Below, one piece after another: positions 48,065-60,708 of a DNA stretch of 64,000 nucleotides. The notes below the pieces were generated by a model. That model saw nothing but the letters and a program-made list of their open reading frames with translations. It was not told the origin of the DNA and did not search any database. How positions within the stretch are numbered: the first letter of the stretch is position 1; each line of letters starts with the position of its first letter. A program made the translations under genes and the position numbers. Source of the stretch: Octopus sinensis (Eukaryota); contig NC_042999.1 of NCBI RefSeq assembly GCF_006345805.1, forward strand, positions 156,674,001 through 156,738,000, in the 5' to 3' direction.

Positions 48065-48689
48065 CGCGTTGGATTTACACCTCACCATGCACTGCTAGAA
48101 ATAGACGCTAAAGCTCCTATTACAACCTTAAAATCTCTGAGATTTTAACACACCATATTGTAGGCAAGCAAAAGATTTTACCCTATATTAAAATTAATAT
48201 TTGAATAAATTTTCTCCATGATCGAAACTGCATTTACTGCAGACTAGATCTTAACACACAACATGTGGGTACAAAAGAGGGATGTGAATTATACTTGGCG
48301 GGAAATTTTTGTGAGTGTGGATGGATATTGGTCATCTGATGTCGCTGATCATGTGCATATTTCGAAATTCTTGCAAATTTATCTTATTGAGTATTTCCAC
48401 TGATGATAGCAGTATGTGAAATATTTTAATTTTACTTTAAGCTTGAGCCTTGTGGATTCATTATTTTTCTTTTGCTTACCTACAATATGGTGTGCTATTT
48501 CTCGGAAATTTTAAGGTGGTAATAGGAGCTTTAGCGTCTATTTCTAGCAGTGCATGATGAGGTATTATAATTATGTATGTAATTATAAAATATTTTGTAA
48601 AATGTACCTATGAGAATTTTATTTCTGCACTGACCACCTGGTAAAATTATTATTGATTTTATCCTATATTAAAATTAATATTTGAATAT

Positions 48690-48740
<51 letters not shown>

Positions 48741-48910
48741 ACAAAGGGTAAAACTAATTAATTAAGAAGTAATTAATAATTTCACCAAGTAGAATTCGGT
48801 GAAATTATTAATTACCGAATTCTACTTGCTGAAATTATATATATATATATATATATTGTGTTTTAATGGTTGACCAAATATGCACTTATACCAGTTTTGA
48901 AAGTAAGCTC

Positions 48911-48949
<39 letters not shown>

Positions 48950-49116
48950 TATATACATCATCATCATCATCGTTTAATGTTTGGCTTCCATGATGGTATG
49001 GGTTGGATAGTTTGACAGGAGGTAGCCAGGCAGAAGACTACATCAGGCTTCTTCTGCCTGACCAGCTCCTGTCAAACCATCCAACCTATACCAGCATGGA
49101 AGGTAGATATTAAACA

Positions 49117-49380
49117 ATGATGATCATGATTATGAATATAATATAATATAATGTAATATAATATAATATAATATAATATAATATAATATAATAATATAAT
49201 ATAATATAATGTAATGTAATGTAATGTAATGTAATGTAATGTAATGTAATATAATATAATGTAATATAATATAATATAATATAATATAATAAATAATATA
49301 ATATAATATAATATAATGTAATGTAATGTAATGTAATGTAATGTAATGTAATGTAATATAATATAATATAATATAATATT
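49117..49380. repeat. (AATAT)n/(AATGT)n pentanucleotide array
   Basis: Directly visible alternating blocks. Confidence 0.95.
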
Positions 49381-49446
49381 AAATATATATATATATACAT
49401 ATATGATGATGATGATATATTATATTATATACCACACATCATCATC

Positions 49447-52400
49447 CATCATCATCATCATCGTTAGCGTCCGTTCTCCATGCTAGCATGGGTTGGACGG
49501 GTCAACTGGGGTCTGTGAAGCTGGAAGGCTTCGTCAGGCCCAGTCAGATCTGGCAGTGTTTCTACGGCTGGATGCCCTTCCTAACGCCAACCACTCCACG
49601 AGTGTAGTGGGTGTTTTAACGTGCCACCTGCACAGGTGTGCAGACAGAGCTGGTGAACGGCCACGAACGGATGGTGCTTTTACGTGTCACCGGCACGGGG
49701 CCAGGCGATGCTGGCAACGGACACGAACGGATGGTGCTTTTACGTGCCACCGACACGGGGCCAGACGAGCTGGCAACCGCCAAAACGGACGGTGCTTTTA
49801 CGTGTCACCGGCACGGGGCCAGGCGATGCTGGCAACGGACACGAACGGATGGTGCTTTTACGTGCCACCGACACGGGGCCAGACAGAGCTGGCAACCGGC
49901 CACGAACGGACGGTGCTTTTACGTGTCACCGGCACGGGGCCAGGCGATGCTGGCAACGGACACGAACGGATGGTGCTTTTACGTGCCACCGACACGGGGC
50001 CAGACAGAGCTGGCAACCGGCCATGAACGGACGGTGCTTTTACGTGTCACTGGCACGGGGGCCAGCCGAGGCTGGCAACGGACGCGAACGGATGGTGCTT
50101 TTACGTGCCACCGACACGGATGCCAGACAGAGCTGGCAAACGGCCACGAGCGGACGGTGCTTTTACGTGTCACTGGCACGGGGGCCAGCCGAGGCTGGCA
50201 ACGGACACGAACGGATGGTGTTTACGTGCCACCGACACGGGGCCAGACAGAGCTGGCAACCGGCCACGAACGGACGGTGCTTTTACGTGTCACTGGCACG
50301 GGGGCAGCCGAGGCTGGCAACGGACGCGAAGGATGGTGGTGCTTTTACGTGCCACCGACACGGGGCCAGACAGAGCTGGCAACCGGCCACGAACGGACGG
50401 TGCTTTTGTGTCACCGGCACGGGGGCCAGCCGAGGCTGGCAACGGACGCGAACGGATGGTGCTTTTACATCACCGACACGGGGCCAGACAGAGCTGGCAA
50501 ACGGCCACGAACGGACGGTGCTTTTACGTGTCACCGGCACGGGGGCCAGCCGAGGCTGGCAACGGACGGAACGGATGGTGCTTTTACATGCCACCGACAC
50601 GGGGCAGACAGAGCTGGCAAACGGCCACGAACGGACGGCGGTGCTTTTACGTGTCACCGGCACGGGGCCAGGCGAGGCTGGCAACGAACACGAACGGATG
50701 GTGCTTTTACGTGCCACCGACACGGGGCCAGGCAGAGCTGGCAAATGGCCATGAGCGAATGGTGCTTTTACGTATCACCGGCACGGGTGCCAGACGAGGC
50801 CGACAGCGGACACGAACGGATGGGTCACTTAACCCCTGCTTTCTGATATATGATTTGATTTTGATTGTTCTCACTGGTCCTGCTGGGTCTTCTCACGCAC
50901 AGCATACTTCCATAGGTCTCGGTCTCTGGTCATTTCCTTGGTGAGACCTAGAGTTCGAAGGTCGTGCTTCACCACCTCGACCCAGGTTTTCCTGGGTCTA
51001 CCTCTTCCACAGGTCCCCTCAACTGCCAGGGTGTGGCACTTTTTCACACACCTATCTTCATCCATTCTCACCACATGACCATACCAGCGCAATCGTCTCT
51101 CTTGCACAAACATCTGATTCCTCTTAGGTCCAACTTTTCTCTCAAGGTACTTACACTCTGTCGACTATGAACACTGACATTACACATCCAACGGAGCATA
51201 CTAGCTTCATTTCTCGCGAGCTTACGCATGTCCTCAGCAGTCACGGCCCATGTTTCACTGCCATGTAGCATGGCTGTTCGTACACATGCATCATACAGTC
51301 TGCCTTTTACTCTGAGCGAGAGGCCTTTAGTCACCAACAGAGGTAAGAGCTCCCTAAACTTTGCCCAGGCTATTCTTACTCTAGCCGTTACACTTTCAGC
51401 ACACCCACCCCCACTACTGACTTGGTCACCAAGATAACGGAAGCTATCAACTACTTCTAGTTTTTCCCCCTGGAAAGTGACAGAAGTTGTTTTCTGCAGA
51501 TTTTCAGAGGTTAATGCTCCCGAGCATCTGCCACATACAAAAACCATCTCCTAGTTAGCCTTCCTATGACATTGCTGCACCTCTTATGTGTCCATAGCTT
51601 ACACTTGGTGCATCTTATAGAGTTTCTACCTACACCTTTTCTACAGATCGAGCAGGGCCATCTACCTGAAGGCGTTTGTGATTTGTCTACCTTCCTACTT
51701 ATTAGGACTTTGGTTTTAGCTAGGTTGACTCTAAGGCCCTTCGATTCTAAACCATGCTTCCACACCTGAAACTTCTTCTCCAGTTCTGATAATGACTCAG
51801 CAATTAGAGCAAGGTCATCAGCATAGAGGAGCTCCCAGGGGCATCCTGTCTTGAATTCCTCCGTTATTGCCTGGAGGACTATGATAAATAGGAGGGGGCT
51901 GAGGACTGAGCCTTGGTGGACCCCTACCTCTACCCGGAATTCTTCACTGTACTCATTTCAACCCTCACCTTACTAGCAGCGTCCCTGTACATGGCTTGCA
52001 CAGCTCTCACTAACCATTCTTCTATTCCTAGTTTCCTCATTGACCACCATATGAGGGATTGGGGGACCCTGTCGAAGGCTTTCTCCATGTCAACAAAAGC
52101 CAGGTACAGGGCCTTATCTTTGGCTAGGTATTTCTCCTGCAGCTGCCTTACCAGGAATATAGCATCAGTGGTACTTTTCCCTGGCACGAAACCAAACTGC
52201 ATCTCATCTAAACTAACTCTCTCTCTAATTGGCTTATGACCCTCTCTGTAACCTTCATCACCTGATCCAACAGCTTGATACCTCTGTAATTATTTGTATC
52301 TAGGGCATCACCTTTACCTTTGTAGCAGTTGACTATTATGCTGCTACACCAGTCATTGGGTATGACTCCTTCATGTATCACCTGATTAACTATACAGGTG

Positions 52401-53904
52401 ACTAGGCTATAGCCGACACTACCAGATATTTTGAGCATCTCTGCAGTGATACCTGATGGGCCGGGCTTTCCCTGTCTTCATGCTTCTAATTGCCTTAGCT
52501 ACTAAGGAACTATCAACCCTGATAGCTGGTCCCTCTGTTGGGTCAACGTTCAGCAGACTCTCTTTATCCCATTCATTTTCTTTATTCAGCAACCTTTCAT
52601 AGTGGCGTCTCCAAGCCTCTCTCTTTGCATCCTCGTTTAGCGCAAGTGAACCATCTTCCATGCGAACACACTTCTCTCCCACCACATCACAATTCTCTCT
52701 CACACACTGTCTTGCAACGCGAAACACCTCCAGCCTTTGGTCCTCACGGCACAGAACATTGGCAAATTTTTTCTTATCTGCTTCCCCTCTGGCTAGATAG
52801 ACCTGTCTCCTAGCTTCCCTTTTAGCAGTCTGATACAATTCCTGCTACCACCATTCTTCCAGTGCTTCCAAGTCTGTCTCTTTTCTCTAATAGCCCTGTC
52901 TACGACACTGTTCCACCACCACGTTACCTTGGGACGAGAGGGGACTTTGCACCAGCCACAGATCTGGTCAGTGGCTCTCAGCAGGTTGTCCCTTAGAAAC
53001 GTCCAGTTGTCCTCTACCCCATGTGATACATTATCCCCTTCTACTTCGTCAAAGGCTTCAAGTAACATGTCTCTAAATCTCTGTCCATTCACAGGATCCT
53101 TAAGCTTCCAGATCCTTCTTCTCCATGTTGGTCGTCTTCTGGTTGTCCTCCTACTCCTGATCCTAAAGTCACTAACTACCAGTCTATGTTGTGGGGTGCA
53201 TTCTTCGCCTGGGAAGGTTTTGGCATTTATAAGTAGCCATCTCTCCCTTTTCCTGGCAAGGATGTAGTCAATTTGGCTGGTATGTTGGCCCGATCGGTAG
53301 GTGACTAGGTGGCTGGTAGGTTTCCTGAAGTTAGTGTTGCAAATCATAAGATTATTTGCATCGCAGAACTCCAGCAGCCTGGTTCCCTCCTCGTTGCGGG
53401 AACCAGAGCCATAGCCTCCATGTACGCCGTGGAAGCCCCCAGCATGTCGTCCAACGTGACCATTGAAGTCACCAGCCACAAAGAGAAGGTCTCTGTCATT
53501 CGTCAACGAGGTAGTCTGCAGTAGAGTGTCATAGAATCGGTCTTTCTGTCCATCAGGTAGCCCCGACTGAGGAGCATAGCCTGATATAATGGTTGCTAAA
53601 CTATGATGAAGCGCTAATCTAATCTTAAGTATTCTGTCGCATACTCTGATTACCTCAATTACTTTATCTACCCATTTCTCAGCGATAAGTATACCCACGC
53701 CTCCAACCCCGTCAGTGTTCCCTGCCCAGAAAATCTTGTACCTGTGTTCCTTGCCTGTGAGGAACCTTGCAGAACCTCCTCTCCACCTTACTTCTTGCAT
53801 ACAACATATATCCACACGTCTCCGTTCAAGCATCTCAACTATCTCGCCAGACCTACCTTTCAGTGTGCCAACGTTGAGGGTGCCAACCCTGAGGGTGTGG
53901 GAGG
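49447..53904 (-). mobile_element. Near-full-length RTE-clade LINE (APE endonuclease, RT, PHD-like Cys/His finger, RT C-terminus), frameshifted, lacking 5' UTR
   Basis: GTLNVGTL...CMQEVRW, AGDFNGHVG, IDYIL, QHRLVV (APE); NYRGIKLL, QFGF, FVDMEKAFD, HQGSVLSP, WELLYADD (RT); CSIC...CTKC...HKRC...CGRC; (ATG)n tail at 49447. Confidence 0.97.
49620..50820. repeat. GC/CpG-rich minisatellite, about 20 monomers of 60-62 bp alternating as A/B dimers, in the RTE 3' UTR
   Basis: acgaacggatggtgcttttacgtgccaccgacacggggccagacagagctggcaaccggcc alternates with acgaacggacggtgcttttacgtgtcaccggcacggggccaggcgatgctggcaacggac. Confidence 0.95.
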
Positions 53905-53948
53905 TATATATATATATATATATATATATAGGTACACATATATATATA

Positions 53949-53979
<31 letters not shown>

Positions 53980-55025
53980 ATGTATAGTGCAAGAATCTGC
54001 ATATCCATCAGGCCAGAATGGAAAACAGGTGCAACATGCAGGAACACATCATCACATCCCAAAGAGATGCAAGAAGAGTAAGACCAGGACTCATCCCACA
54101 TTGCAAAATTCCTCCATGCCCACTCAAGCTGAAAGAGGAGGTCCTTCAAAGACATCATCTTTCCAGAAAGATCAACAACCTTATTCAGGTTTACTATCAC
54201 AACTTTCAGATGAGGATCATTTCAAGATCCATAGTATGGCTGCATCATTTCAGTAATCCCTTGCCATGAACATGATGTCAAGTCAGCAGAGATAAAGTGC
54301 CAAAGACTCCAAACCAAAATCCAGCATGCATCAGTTACAAATAAGAGTCTTCATGGATGACCGAACTGTAACAATTATCAACAGTTACTGTTGAAAGATA
54401 GATCTTTCAGGAATTTGAATAGCAAAAGCACGACATCTGAAAACTCTACTTTTCATTTATTATCTTCATCACAAAAAATTACGTAAGCAGCTCAAGTCTA
54501 TATATATATATAGGCAGTATATTTAAGAAAGAATTACATATTCAAGGCATTAACAAAATCTCAGATAAAATGGTATTGAAAGAATGGATCAACAGTAAGT
54601 AGCTTATGATTTTACAGTTTACTCAAATTCGTAAGTCCTCCTAAAATGCAACATTTAACAGCAATAACATATTAGCTCCATACAATACAGAGCAAAAAAT
54701 ATTAAGATTGATGTTTAACTACAAGCATTTAACGTTTCTTATCTCACTGTTAAAACATTTCTTAAACTTCCATTTGCGATTTTATACTTATAGATACATA
54801 TACATTAGCAATTCCATACTCACTTTAATCTCAGAACATAATGTATTTCTTATTTTTTTCTTTACGTTAAAAAACTTCATACACCACAAAGTTCTCCTCA
54901 CTAAATTATACATCTACTGAAATATCTCTGTATGAATCCCATTTATTTACTACCTTAAAACAATTAATTTCATCATGGCCTGTATTAGATTTACAAAATT
55001 TACTGATAAAAGTAAAGCAACTTAC

Positions 55026-55112
55026 AAAAAGAGTCAAAAACGCATCGTTAGCCAACCAGCAATTTAAAAAGGTTGGGTAAAACATGTTTTGTAATTTGTC
55101 TGGCCAAAATAC
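55026..55112 (-). CDS. slo2: KCNT/Slo2 exon, S4: VFWPDKLQNMFYPTFLNCWLANDAFLTLF (87 nt)
   Basis: tttttcag| and |gtaagt sites, phase 0-0; contains the Slo2 signature FLNCWLA. Confidence 0.92.
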
Positions 55113-55564
55113 CTGAAAAATGTATCAAAAATAGAATATATTTAAATTTAAGTAAATGACTGGCATAACTTTGTAATTTCTATTTTATTATTATTATTAT
55201 TTTTGTGGTTCTAACAATTTAATATTTGGTAATTTATAGATCAAAATAAAGTAATTAATAATTTAAGGAATTCCTAATTTCAAAATCTTTTCAATTCAAT
55301 TACAAAACAACTCAAAATATATAATTGAAAGGAATGCCAACAGAAACCAGAAAAATTCCCAGGGGCTCACAACACTCTATGTCTGGTCAATGGAGATCAT
55401 GAGTGTTAAGGTTCTAGTAGGGTTGCTGTCAGCTCTACAGAGCCAACACATCTAAGTACCACAGAATATGCAAAGTGAGTGGAAATGAAGCAATCACTTA
55501 TGTATTCATTTCTAACCTTATGTCAAACAGCTGCTATGTTATATCTTTTTTCTTTTCTTTTTTT

Positions 55565-55859
55565 ACCGACCAGGCTATCAGATGTTGCTACACATCGCTG
55601 GTCACAATGCGCTTCGCATTGTTTTAGCCTTCAAATGACGCCACCCCGCTGGCTAAGCGAGCAGGCCAACAGAAGAAAGAGTGAGAGAAAGTTGTGGCGA
55701 AAGAGTACAGCAGGGATCGCCCCCCCCCCCTGCCGGAGCCTCGTAGAGCTTTAGGTGTTTTCGCTCAATAAACACACACAACGCCCGGTCTGGGAATCGA
55801 AACAGTGATCCTCCAACCGTGAGTCCACTACCCTAACCACTGGGCCATTGCCCCTCCAC
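55565..55859 (-). mobile_element. SINE family B
   Basis: Reverse complement of the 33158 copy. Confidence 0.88.
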
Positions 55860-56259
55860 GCTATATTATATAGGATGTATAATATAGACCCATTGTAAAG
55901 ATTTCCCTACTGTCTTAATTTGGCAAGGATGGTCAAATACATTTCTTCATTTTGTGGTGGCAACAAGAGAGACAGTAAGGTAAGAAAACTGAGAAAATCA
56001 AAAAAGATATCTCCAATTACCATCAACAAATAAATTAGTAAGCATTTTAGAAGATTATTTTTATTTCTTTTCAGTGACAATATGTCGACCTACTCAATCT
56101 TGATTGGCACTTTATGAATTTGTAACCATGGTAAATTGTAATAACAAAAATATATTTACAGCAGAAATGAAAAGATAAAAATGAAATGCCTGCAGATATT
56201 TATCTGATTATTTTCATTTTTAATATATATAGGATTGTAAGGTGGCGAGATGGCAGGAT

Positions 56260-56410
56260 CAATAGCATACTAGGTAAAGTGCTTAGTGGCATTTCAGCTA
56301 TCTTTACATCCCTAGTTCAAATTTTGCTGAGGTCTGCTTTGCCTTTCATCCCTTTAGAAGTCGATAAAATAAATACCAGTTGGCACTGGGGTCAATGTAA
56401 TCGATTTTTC
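56260..56410 (+). mobile_element. Diverged SINE C
   Basis: gttcaaattttgctgaggtctgctttgcctttcatcc...gtcgataaaataaataccag. Confidence 0.65.
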
Positions 56411-57385
56411 CCATCCACATAAATTGCAGTTCTTGAGCTAAAATTTGAAACCAATATTGCTAGGGCTGCCTGCTGGAGCCTAGTGGCAGGTATTTAAAGG
56501 GAAAAATTTGACAAGACAGTCAGTCACCGGCTGACACTCACTGACAATACATTGAAGAGGCCAGGGAACAGAAGAAAGAAGACATGCACCCAACACCAGA
56601 GCTGAAGACACCTCCGAAAAGGAGGGGGGGGCAGCCATGTCAAAACGGTAGAGGAGTAGGGGCCGAAACCGGACATGGTTCCTCCTGATGATGTCTTGAG
56701 CTAACTGGATCCTATAAAGGAGCTGTTGTGGTAGCAGACCACGAAACATGGTTGTAATTCCTCCTAGGACTGCATCCCAAAGATGATCTATTCTCTTCAG
56801 GGCCAGGAAATACTTCAGTTACCAACGATTGCTGATACTCTTCAAAGTTCAAATGAAACACACAATAGCATATTATTCTCAACTGGTATTGCACACTCAC
56901 AAACATTCTAGACTGCATACAAAAAAAGAATCTGCTCAACTGATCAACATACTGTCTCCTCTCTTTGCTTTTTCTATTACTTCTATGATGGCCTCTGCTT
57001 CATAGATCTCTGGTTTAGTGCCACTTTACACAAGCACTCCCAGCTCATTCGTCTCTCCTTCTCCCAACACCCACATTGTCTCTAACAACCCAGGCATCAC
57101 ACAAACTATCACATTCATTCCTTTCTCTCCAGAATGCCAAACTTTCTTACTTGTAACACTTTAAATAGAACATTAAGAGCATTGATCTCAATGGCCTCTG
57201 GGGGCCTAGCACTTTCTACAGACCAGATAATATATATCCATCTCTCTATCAATCTCTCTCTCTCTCTCTCTCTCTGTATATATATATATATATATAATTA
57301 TTATTATTTGAGGGAATAAAATTCAAACTTACAAGGAAAAAGAATTCAATTTAGAAATACTAAATCAAATTCCACACAATATAAT

Positions 57386-57801
<416 letters not shown>

Positions 57802-58079
57802 AAATATATAAAGTGAGAGAGAGAGGGTGACAAAAAGAAAGAAAGACAGACAGACAGACAGAGAATAACTGCAATATAAAGGATAACTGGATAACTTACT
57901 GAGAGCCACAGACAAAGTTTGTAGGTGGTGAAAAGTTACAACCAGACCTAGGGTGGCTTGGTGGTGGAACAATGTAGTTGACAGGGTCATTACAGCAAAG
58001 AAACAGGACTGGAAGGGTGGTGGTAGCTAGGAGCTATATCAGGCAGCTAGAACAGAACCTAGAAAGCAAGCATACTTAG

Positions 58080-58345
58080 CCAGGGGTGAAGTAGAAAGGA
58101 AGAAGTTTGCCAATGTTCAGCATTGTGAGGACCAGCAGCTTGAAGTGTCTTGGTTTGCAAGACAGTGAGCCAGAGAAAATTGTGATGTTGTGGGAGAGAA
58201 GTGTGTTCATACGGATGATGGTTCACTTGCAGTTAGTGACTCTACAAAGAAAGAGGCTTGAAAGCGACACTATGAAGGACAAGGAGAAAGCTTTGACAGG
58301 GTCCTCTGCTCCCTTATCTGATGGTCAATGTGGAAACTAGGATAG
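58080..58345 (+). pseudogene. RTE LINE internal fragment
   Basis: atggatgatggttcacttgcag...cgacactatgaa resembles the RTE linker at about 52600-52700. Confidence 0.6.
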
Positions 58346-59028
58346 AGGAGTGGTTGTTGAGAACTGGTCAAGCCATGTATATGGATGCAGTCAGAAAGGT
58401 AAGGGATGGCAATGAGTATAGTGATGGATTCAGGGTACATTCAGGGTGACATAGTCCTCAGTCCTATAGAACAGAAAAAAACTACAAGACAGTTTGGGAA
58501 ACAATGGAAAAAAGTAAGGAGGGAGCAATATTAGGTAGCTGAGGTTTGCCAATGTTCAGTGAGGAGAGGATCAAAAGCTTGAGATTCTTGAAGAAAATTA
58601 TATTCAGAATGGTGGTAATGAACTTACCCTCATATATGACCAGAAGAAAGAAGTTCGCAAATGTTATTCTGAGTGGTTGGAAGAAAGAGTAACTACTCCA
58701 AGTAAACCACCCACCCACTCACTGTGCAATCAACAGCACTATTAAGGATATTAAGGCAGGGAAGGCAGTAAAACAATTAAAAGATTAAATACTTCAGTTC
58801 TAAATTGTTTTAACTTTAAAAACAATCCTAATCATACCAATATGAGAATAGGTAAATGTGAAAAAACTTTAATCTATTTCTGAAAATGTGTGGTGATATT
58901 TACAGATCCAGCATATCATAAATTAAAATGGGCACTAATTGAATACTAATATCTAGCTTGAAATCAATAGCTAATATGTGATTTAAAAAAACAGATCGAA
59001 GGATATTTCAATTAAATATACTACTCAC

Positions 59029-59103
59029 CGTGGCAACAACTGGGATGGTACACAATACTTCAATAAGAGTGGTTGCTCTGAAAATTCTTTGAAGAGCTTT
59101 TTG
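59029..59103 (-). CDS. slo2: KCNT/Slo2 exon, S3: QKALQRIFRATTLIEVLCTIPVVAT (75 nt)
   Basis: ttttcag| acceptor, ACG|gtgagt donor, phase 0-0; 25 aa colinear with KCNT [25 protein letters not shown]. Confidence 0.85.
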
Positions 59104-59928
59104 CTGAAAAATTTCAAAATTTCAAATAATTAGATTTATAAATTACGTCCTACAAGGGCATTTGGTTTAGTCAAAAAGAACACTCTTTTTTTAAGATATT
59201 GATCAATATAAGCTGCAATAAAGTCATGAGGAGAAAAATCACCTTGTTTAATGTGAAAGGACAATACAATGATATTAAGCAGAGCCAGATACTTTCCAAT
59301 AGTGTTTATAATTTTCTTTGATGTTCTTCTCAAGCATGTTTTTGCAGCATCTCATGGTTATACTGTTCCCACCACTTTTGCAGCAAAGGGATTTTTGCAT
59401 CTCACAATTGCTCTAACATACTGTGCAAAGATTTCTGCATCAGAAAGTCATTATCAATTTACTCCATCTACTACCATCCATATTTGTCATTTAGAGACTG
59501 TTACCAAATTTGTGTACTTGAATTCTGCAATCTCAGGCAATTTCTCCTTCAAGAGAAAATTCAGACAATTGCTCCCTTGAGGCCAAAAAAAAAGCTAATT
59601 GATATCCAAATGTACAATGCTAGCATCATGAGCATAGTCAACTACAGCAGAAAATCTTGGACCCTGCATTCCTGCCAACACTTTCACATATGCTTTTTAA
59701 AAAATAGTCTATGCATCTCACAATGTTGAAATTCCATATATATATATCCCCTCACTCTTTATACAATGACAATTGCATTGACTTAATTCCCAGAGACTTG
59801 CTCTTTAGAGAACTGGCTGAGGATAAAATCCCAAATATAAGGTTTTAGTAATCATTCAAAGTGATCTACAAATATAATCTTAAGTCATATGCTATTAATA
59901 TCAAAATCTGATAAACAATGGTCTAGAT

Positions 59929-60708
59929 CAGTGGCTCCCAAACTTTTTACAGTGGTTCCCAACAGTGGTTCCCAATCTTTTTATTTAAAGGAGTTTTCCC
60001 ATGGACCCATTTTTATATGCTTATCCTTATGTATGTATGTGTGTGTATATATATATAATTTTTAGAAAGACATAAATCTGGAGAAGAAGCACACTAAGAA
60101 GTAGAATAGTCTATATTTTTTCCTGGTGAAGTCTGGTTTATGGATATTAACTTTATGGCACATTGTCAGACCCCAAGATCTGTTGGCCAATGACCTCTTT
60201 AAAATACGGATGGGAAAAGTCTAGATTATCCCCCTTTGCCGACAGCAATTAGCAAAGGGAAAATAATGCAGACTTTTCCCATCTGTATTTTAAAGAGGTC
60301 ATAGGCTAATAGGTCTTGGGGTCTGATGATATACCATAAAGTTAAACCCTTTATGGATGGGAAACCTGGGTTAACCCCATAAACTGGCCTTCACCAGGAA
60401 TATATATATAATCGATGGACCCGCGCAGTTGTCGACTGGTACCTGCGCGAGCGAAAACGACCACCTGGAAGGCCTCCACGACGGTGGAGTTATAATTTCA
60501 GGAGGACGATTGGGATCACGTGGATGAAAAAGGTGTAATCCAGAGAGGAGTGGACAGCGTGCTGTGACCAGCAGAGGCAAATGGATGCCTGACAGACTGG
60601 TTGATCAAGGTGATATATATATGTGAAATTTTGAATTTAGTTCGCAGACCCTCAGTACTACCTTTGTGGACCACTAGGGGTTTGCAGACCACAGGTTGGG
60701 AACCACGG
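59929..60708. mobile_element. Non-autonomous hAT-Charlie element containing an internal palindrome
   Basis: TIRs CAGTGGCTCCCAA / GGTTGGGAACCACGG; TSD GTCTAGAT / TTCTAGAT (7 of 8). Confidence 0.8.

Noticed and set aside
49620-50820. CRISPR-like appearance of the regular arrays (also 11374-11826 and 19433-19895)
   Set aside because: No unique spacers, eukaryotic intron context, no cas genes
49493-50944. 177-402-aa plus-strand ORFs; similar ORFs at 11344-12021 and 19327-20035
   Set aside because: By-products of tandem minisatellites in RTE 3' UTR copies
56550-56700. Hammerhead-like fragments (UUGAAGA-GGCC...GGCC-GAAACCGGAC and a nested CUGAAGA)
   Set aside because: Needs several core changes and a ~110-nt stem II loop; too degenerate to call by eye
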